From Thermodesulfovibrionales bacterium (GTDB taxonomy: Bacteria; Nitrospirota; Thermodesulfovibrionia; Thermodesulfovibrionales; UBA6898): a DNA stretch of 11,039 nucleotides. Below are positions 8,130 to 11,039 of this stretch, in pieces. The notes beneath the pieces are model-generated. The model saw only the letters and a program-made list of their open reading frames with translations, searched no databases and had not been told where the DNA came from. Every line of letters begins with the position of its first letter. Position 1 is the stretch's first letter. Location: assembly GCA_044450345.1 (NCBI GenBank), contig JBIOIY010000074.1, positions 1-11,039 of the forward strand, read 5' to 3'. The position numbers and the translations under genes are program-made.

Positions 8130-8768
8130 GTGGGTAAATTTAGTTTCTGGCAGAGTTTGGGAGGACGGCTTAACTACAAACGATTTGCAAACGTGTTTAC
8201 AGCAATTGGAATTCTGGCGGCCGTTCCTCCCCCTCTGAAAGCTGAGGGATCGAGTAAGGTACCGCCGCCAGCAGGAGATAATTCAAGGCGACAAATCGTT
8301 GCACTCGTAGTTGTCGCCATAGCATTGCTTTCTCTCAGTTTTCTCGTCGGGTGTGCTGGGATGGTCTTTGCGCCAAAGAAGCAAATCCTGTTTTACCATG
8401 AGGAATTAGTTCAAGCTGACCGATCAGTCTCGGAAGCCGCCGCGGGCAAGGATAAAGAATGTCTTGAAGAATTCAACAACGTACGGGATATGAGAGACAG
8501 GGCATATGAGGTCTATTGGTCATGCCGCACCAAAGAGGCAATCGAGCTAGCCAAGGAAGCAATGATCTTGGGAAGAAGCCTATGTCCACCCAAGCCTATG
8601 GCAGAGGTAAAACCTGAACCAATGCCTGAGCCACCGCCGCTACCGTTACCGCCACCGCCACCGCCAGAGCCAGTGAAAGAGCCAGCGCCAGAAGAGCCGT
8701 TGCTAATGGCCGGGCGTGAGCATGTAAGGGTAGAAGGGAGAGCAGTAGCGGTCAGCGCTCAAGAGTGA
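8130..8768 (+). CDS. Pro-rich lipoprotein-like hypothetical protein; probably the N-terminal part of a frameshifted gene
   Basis: SD GGGAGG and GTG start. An internal signal-like segment RRQIVALVVVAIALLSLSFLVG-C, then a helical Cys-containing domain (GKDKEC...YWSCRTKEAIELA...LCPPKP) and a PEPPPLPLPPPPPPEP linker. Confidence 0.65.
   Translation: MGKFSFWQSLGGRLNYKRFANVFTAIGILAAVPPPLKAEGSSKVPPPAGDNSRRQIVALVVVAIALLSLSFLVGCAGMVFAPKKQILFYHEELVQADRSVSEAAAGKDKECLEEFNNVRDMRDRAYEVYWSCRTKEAIELAKEAMILGRSLCPPKPMAEVKPEPMPEPPPLPLPPPPPPEPVKEPAPEEPLLMAGREHVRVEGRAVAVSAQE
8610..8699 (+). repeat. Low-complexity proline-codon repeat (CCA/CCG) encoding a Pro/Glu linker
   Basis: ...ccaccgccgctaccgttaccgccaccgccaccgccagagcca... 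encodes KPEPMPEPPPLPLPPPPPPEPVKEPAPEEP. Confidence 0.8.
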
Positions 8769-9385
8769 GTCAGGATGCCAAATCTGAAGAGTCTCTGCAG
8801 GCACGCATTGATTCCTTTGTTGCGGGGATGAGAGAAGCAGCATATACTTTCAATCCACTATCGCCGATAAAAGTTGATACCCCTGTGGTTGTCAATTTTT
8901 GGATCGATCCTCAAGAAGCTCCGGGTAAGTTGGCTGCCGAGTTGGCAGAGCATCTGAGAAAATACGCGCCACCTTCTGAGATGCGAGTCGAATCAGGAAA
9001 GACTAGGTGGAGTACCACGATGAAAGCTGTGTTATCAGCAGATTCCGAAGTGCTTGACATTTTTCCACGAGAAAATGACGAAAAGCTAATTAAGCCAGTA
9101 AGCTCCAAGGATCGGACAGAGTGGAGTTGGTCTATACGAGCTAAAACGACTGGAAAGCAGATTCCCGTCAAGCTCACACTATACGCCATTTTGCCGAAAG
9201 ACTTCGGTATGCCACCCAAAGAAGTCAAAGTCCTCGAACGATATATCAATGTGGATATTACTTGTGGGTGGGCGATTGATCATTATTGGGAGAAGTTGAG
9301 ATGGTTCCTCGGCGGAATAGGTGGCTTTCTAAGCGGTATTTTTCTCTGGTGGTTAAAAAAGAGGTACCCATCGGGTAATCAATGA
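8765..9385 (+). CDS. Hypothetical beta-rich protein with C-terminal membrane anchor; probably the C-terminal part of the 8130 gene
   Basis: Blocks YTFNP, TMKAVLS, TEWSWSI, VKLTLYAIL. C-terminal TM LRWFLGGIGGFLSGIFLWWL followed by KKR. No SD at normal spacing before GTG 8765. The frame is open back to 8720. Confidence 0.7.
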   Translation: MSQDAKSEESLQARIDSFVAGMREAAYTFNPLSPIKVDTPVVVNFWIDPQEAPGKLAAELAEHLRKYAPPSEMRVESGKTRWSTTMKAVLSADSEVLDIFPRENDEKLIKPVSSKDRTEWSWSIRAKTTGKQIPVKLTLYAILPKDFGMPPKEVKVLERYINVDITCGWAIDHYWEKLRWFLGGIGGFLSGIFLWWLKKRYPSGNQ

Positions 9386-9462
9386 TGTAGGGTATCAGAC
9401 TGACCCCTGAGAAATTTGCCTTGATAAAAGCTCTTGCTGACCACATGGTAGCGGAATAAGCA

Positions 9463-9491
9463 TTGCCAGTTGGTAAAGACTCTGCTATGAT
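9463..9491 (+). promoter_or_regulatory. Sigma70 promoter for the PhoU-like gene
   Basis: TTGCCA (9463-9468), 17 bp, TATGAT (9486-9491), with extended -10 TG at 9483-9484. Confidence 0.65.
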
Positions 9492-9573
9492 TTGAGCAAA
9501 TACTCCTTTAGAATATGAGGGCAGTAGTACGAAAGAGATATCTCCGAAAGAACTCGTCAGTAAGCTCCATGAT

Positions 9574-10137
9574 ATGAGTCAAAATGCAAAGGCATGTGTT
9601 TACCTTCTGCAGAACGCCCTGATTTATAGTTCTTCAAAGTCACTTGATGTATGTGAGGCGAAGATAAAGGAGATTAAGGAGAACAAAAAGATACTTACGG
9701 CTGAATTTATTGAGCAAGCAAAAGAAAATCTTGATCTAAGGGCGTATGTTACCGTTCCTGGACATATAGAGAAAATGGCGGAGTTTATTGAGAATATCAT
9801 TCTTTGTGCGAGGACAAAAATAAGGGAAGGCATTCCCTTCAGTGATAGAGCGGCCTCAGAGATAACCTTTCTTATGGAAAGACTGCAGGAAGTCTTGGAA
9901 AACGTAAGCGATATTATCTTAGCGAGAAATACAGTCATAAGGGACTACGTGAAAGAATCAGTCGCAGAGATAGGCAGGGGTGTCAACGACTTTGCAACCA
10001 TGCATGAAGATAGACTTATAGAGGGATTATGCATGCCCCAGGCTTCTCCGCTGTTTCTTGATATTTTGGATGCAATTAAAGTGATAGCTTGGAATGCCAA
10101 GGAAATAGCTGAAAAACTGGCAGTATCAACCCACTGA
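9574..10137 (+). CDS. Stand-alone PhoU-like helical protein (resembles the C-terminal PhoU domains of Na/Pi cotransporters); true start may be about 9529
   Basis: All-helical pattern with HIEKMAE, GIPFSDRAASEI and HEDRLIEGLCMPQASPLFLDILDAIKVIAWNAKEIA, which match the 'FSxxAxxE' and 'HxxRLxxGxCxxxxxxxFxDxL' motifs of NptA/YjbB-type PhoU domains. No TM segments. Confidence 0.8.
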   Translation: MSQNAKACVYLLQNALIYSSSKSLDVCEAKIKEIKENKKILTAEFIEQAKENLDLRAYVTVPGHIEKMAEFIENIILCARTKIREGIPFSDRAASEITFLMERLQEVLENVSDIILARNTVIRDYVKESVAEIGRGVNDFATMHEDRLIEGLCMPQASPLFLDILDAIKVIAWNAKEIAEKLAVSTH

Positions 10138-10306
10138 TAGGAAAGGGGCTGATAGATGATGCGTTGGGGAAAAGATTCTCGAAATGTTCGTCAACCCCGC
10201 CTTGGCGAACGCATGAGTGACGCTGGATAATCTCAATCATGTTCCGCACCTAATTGCTTTTCCATTCCCTTTCCGGTTACAGGTTCCATATGTGCTATGA
10301 TAAAGC

Positions 10307-10492
10307 ATGAAAGAGAAAGAGAAACAAAAAGATTGTTGTTCTTTATCAGAGGCAGCAGAGAAAAGTGGTCATGTAACCTTTCAATCCGGTATCTTCAAGA
10401 AAAAGGAAGCGGGGTACGAACTTTTCTTTAACGGCAAGAGTACGGGCATATGGGTTCTGTCTATTTGTGAAAAGCATAGATTAGCAGCATGA
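10307..10492 (+). CDS. Possible small hypothetical protein (61 aa), perhaps leaderless
   Basis: Extended -10 TG-C-TATGAT (10293-10301) lies 5 nt before the ATG, and there is no SD. Sequence MKEKEKQKDCCSLSEAAEKSGHV... No recognised family. Confidence 0.35.
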   Translation: MKEKEKQKDCCSLSEAAEKSGHVTFQSGIFKKKEAGYELFFNGKSTGIWVLSICEKHRLAA

Positions 10493-10533
10493 GCATTTAT
10501 CAAGTTGCTTCACCGCTGTAGTTCGACAGCAGC

Positions 10534-10810
10534 TTACTTTTTCTTTTTCTTCAGAGTAACCTTTGTGGCTATCTTCTTAGCGCCTTCCTCTTTGTATACA
10601 ACCGTTACCTTATCCCCCATTCACATCTTTAGCGATAGACCCCTCCTCGCAGTCGAAGCCGACTTCTACCTTTCCGCTCGACAGCGTTAGCGTGCCTTTC
10701 GCGAGATCAACGGCGGTGACTTTTCCGGACATCTCTTTCGCGAGGGCCACTCCGACAAAGGTTAAAAGGATAAAAGCGATGATAAAAAACAGCGCTGCAC
10801 CTCTTTTCAT
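10534..10810 (-). pseudogene. Small exported beta-barrel (OB-fold-like) protein, frameshifted at about 10620
   Basis: SD GGAGGTG. Signal peptide MKRGAALFFIIAFILLTFVGVALA, then KEMSGKVTAVDLAKGTLTL...SIAKDV. The frame stops at 10610-10612, but another frame continues GDKVTVVYKEEGAKKIATKVTLKKKKK* (TAA at 10536-10534), completing the 'GDKVtV.Y' motif typical of such proteins. Confidence 0.75.
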
Positions 10811-10871
10811 ACGACACCTCCACCACTATGCTCATGCAGCCCAAGGGGCATAAAATATAAATACAATCATA

Positions 10872-10887
10872 CTTGACGTTTGTCAAG
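10872..10887. promoter_or_regulatory. CRP/FNR-family operator (HcpR/FNR-like TTGAC-N4-GTCAA)
   Basis: Perfect palindrome CTTGAC-gttt-GTCAAG in a divergent intergenic region, flanked by AATCAT (10865-10870) and ATGATT (10891-10896). Confidence 0.65.
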
Positions 10888-10905
10888 GGAATGATTAGTT
10901 GATAA

Positions 10906-10953
10906 CTGCCAGTACATCGTGGACAAAAAAAGCTGCCACGACATCGTAGACAA
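10906..10953. repeat. 21-bp imperfect direct repeat pair, 27-bp period
   Basis: CTGCCAGTACATCGTGGACAA (10906-10926) versus CTGCCACGACATCGTAGACAA (10933-10953), 18/21 identical. Confidence 0.7.
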
Positions 10954-11025
10954 CCTGTTTTTTTAACAACTTTGTAGTCAGCACAATCATACTCATGGAC
11001 ACCGCAATCCAATTGGGAGGTGTTC

Positions 11026-11039
11026 ATGAAAAAAGATGT
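11026..11039 (+). CDS. Probable start of the next gene (MKKR...), truncated by the window end
   Basis: SD GGGAGGT at 11015-11021 followed by ATG AAA AAA AGA. Confidence 0.5.

Noticed and set aside
10906..10953. CRISPR-like repeats
   Set aside because: Only two imperfect copies with a 6-bp gap and no cas genes; better explained as operator sites.
10505..11027. ORFs 10505-10690 (+) and 10707-11027 (-)
   Set aside because: The first is antisense to the frameshifted exported protein. The second spans the regulatory region and overlaps the real gene out of frame, with no supportable start context.
1..11039. Mobile element, tRNA or rRNA
   Set aside because: No transposase/integrase motifs, terminal inverted repeats, cloverleaf or rRNA-like sequence recognised. 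The remaining short ORFs in the track are out-of-frame or antisense shadows of the called genes.

Overview
Bacterial accessory region, probably anaerobic Nitrospirota/Desulfobacterota-like (an impression from protein style, not verified). It opens with the 5' part of a Tat-exported dienelactone-hydrolase-family gene on the minus strand (1-414, missed by the ORF track). A co-oriented plus-strand run follows: a Zn-dependent phospholipase C/P1-nuclease-fold gene split by one in-frame TAG (1173-2132), a translationally coupled lipoprotein, a small Cys-rich ORF coupled to a stand-alone receiver domain, a secreted RNase T2, a secreted DNase II-family nuclease (rare in bacteria), an uncharacterised multi-TM protein, a patatin-like phospholipase, a probably frameshifted Pro-rich lipoprotein-like/membrane-anchored gene, and a stand-alone PhoU-like protein. 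The window ends with a frameshifted small exported beta-rich protein and a divergent promoter region carrying a CRP/FNR-family (HcpR-type) palindrome and direct repeats. The best candidate for an undescribed system is the RNase T2 + DNase II pair with two phospholipase-type genes, a membrane protein and a PhoU-like gene: a lysosome-like nucleic acid and phospholipid degrading module for phosphate/nucleotide scavenging, antagonism or defence. Several point lesions suggest ongoing decay or assembly errors. All family calls come from motif recognition by eye; no searches were run.
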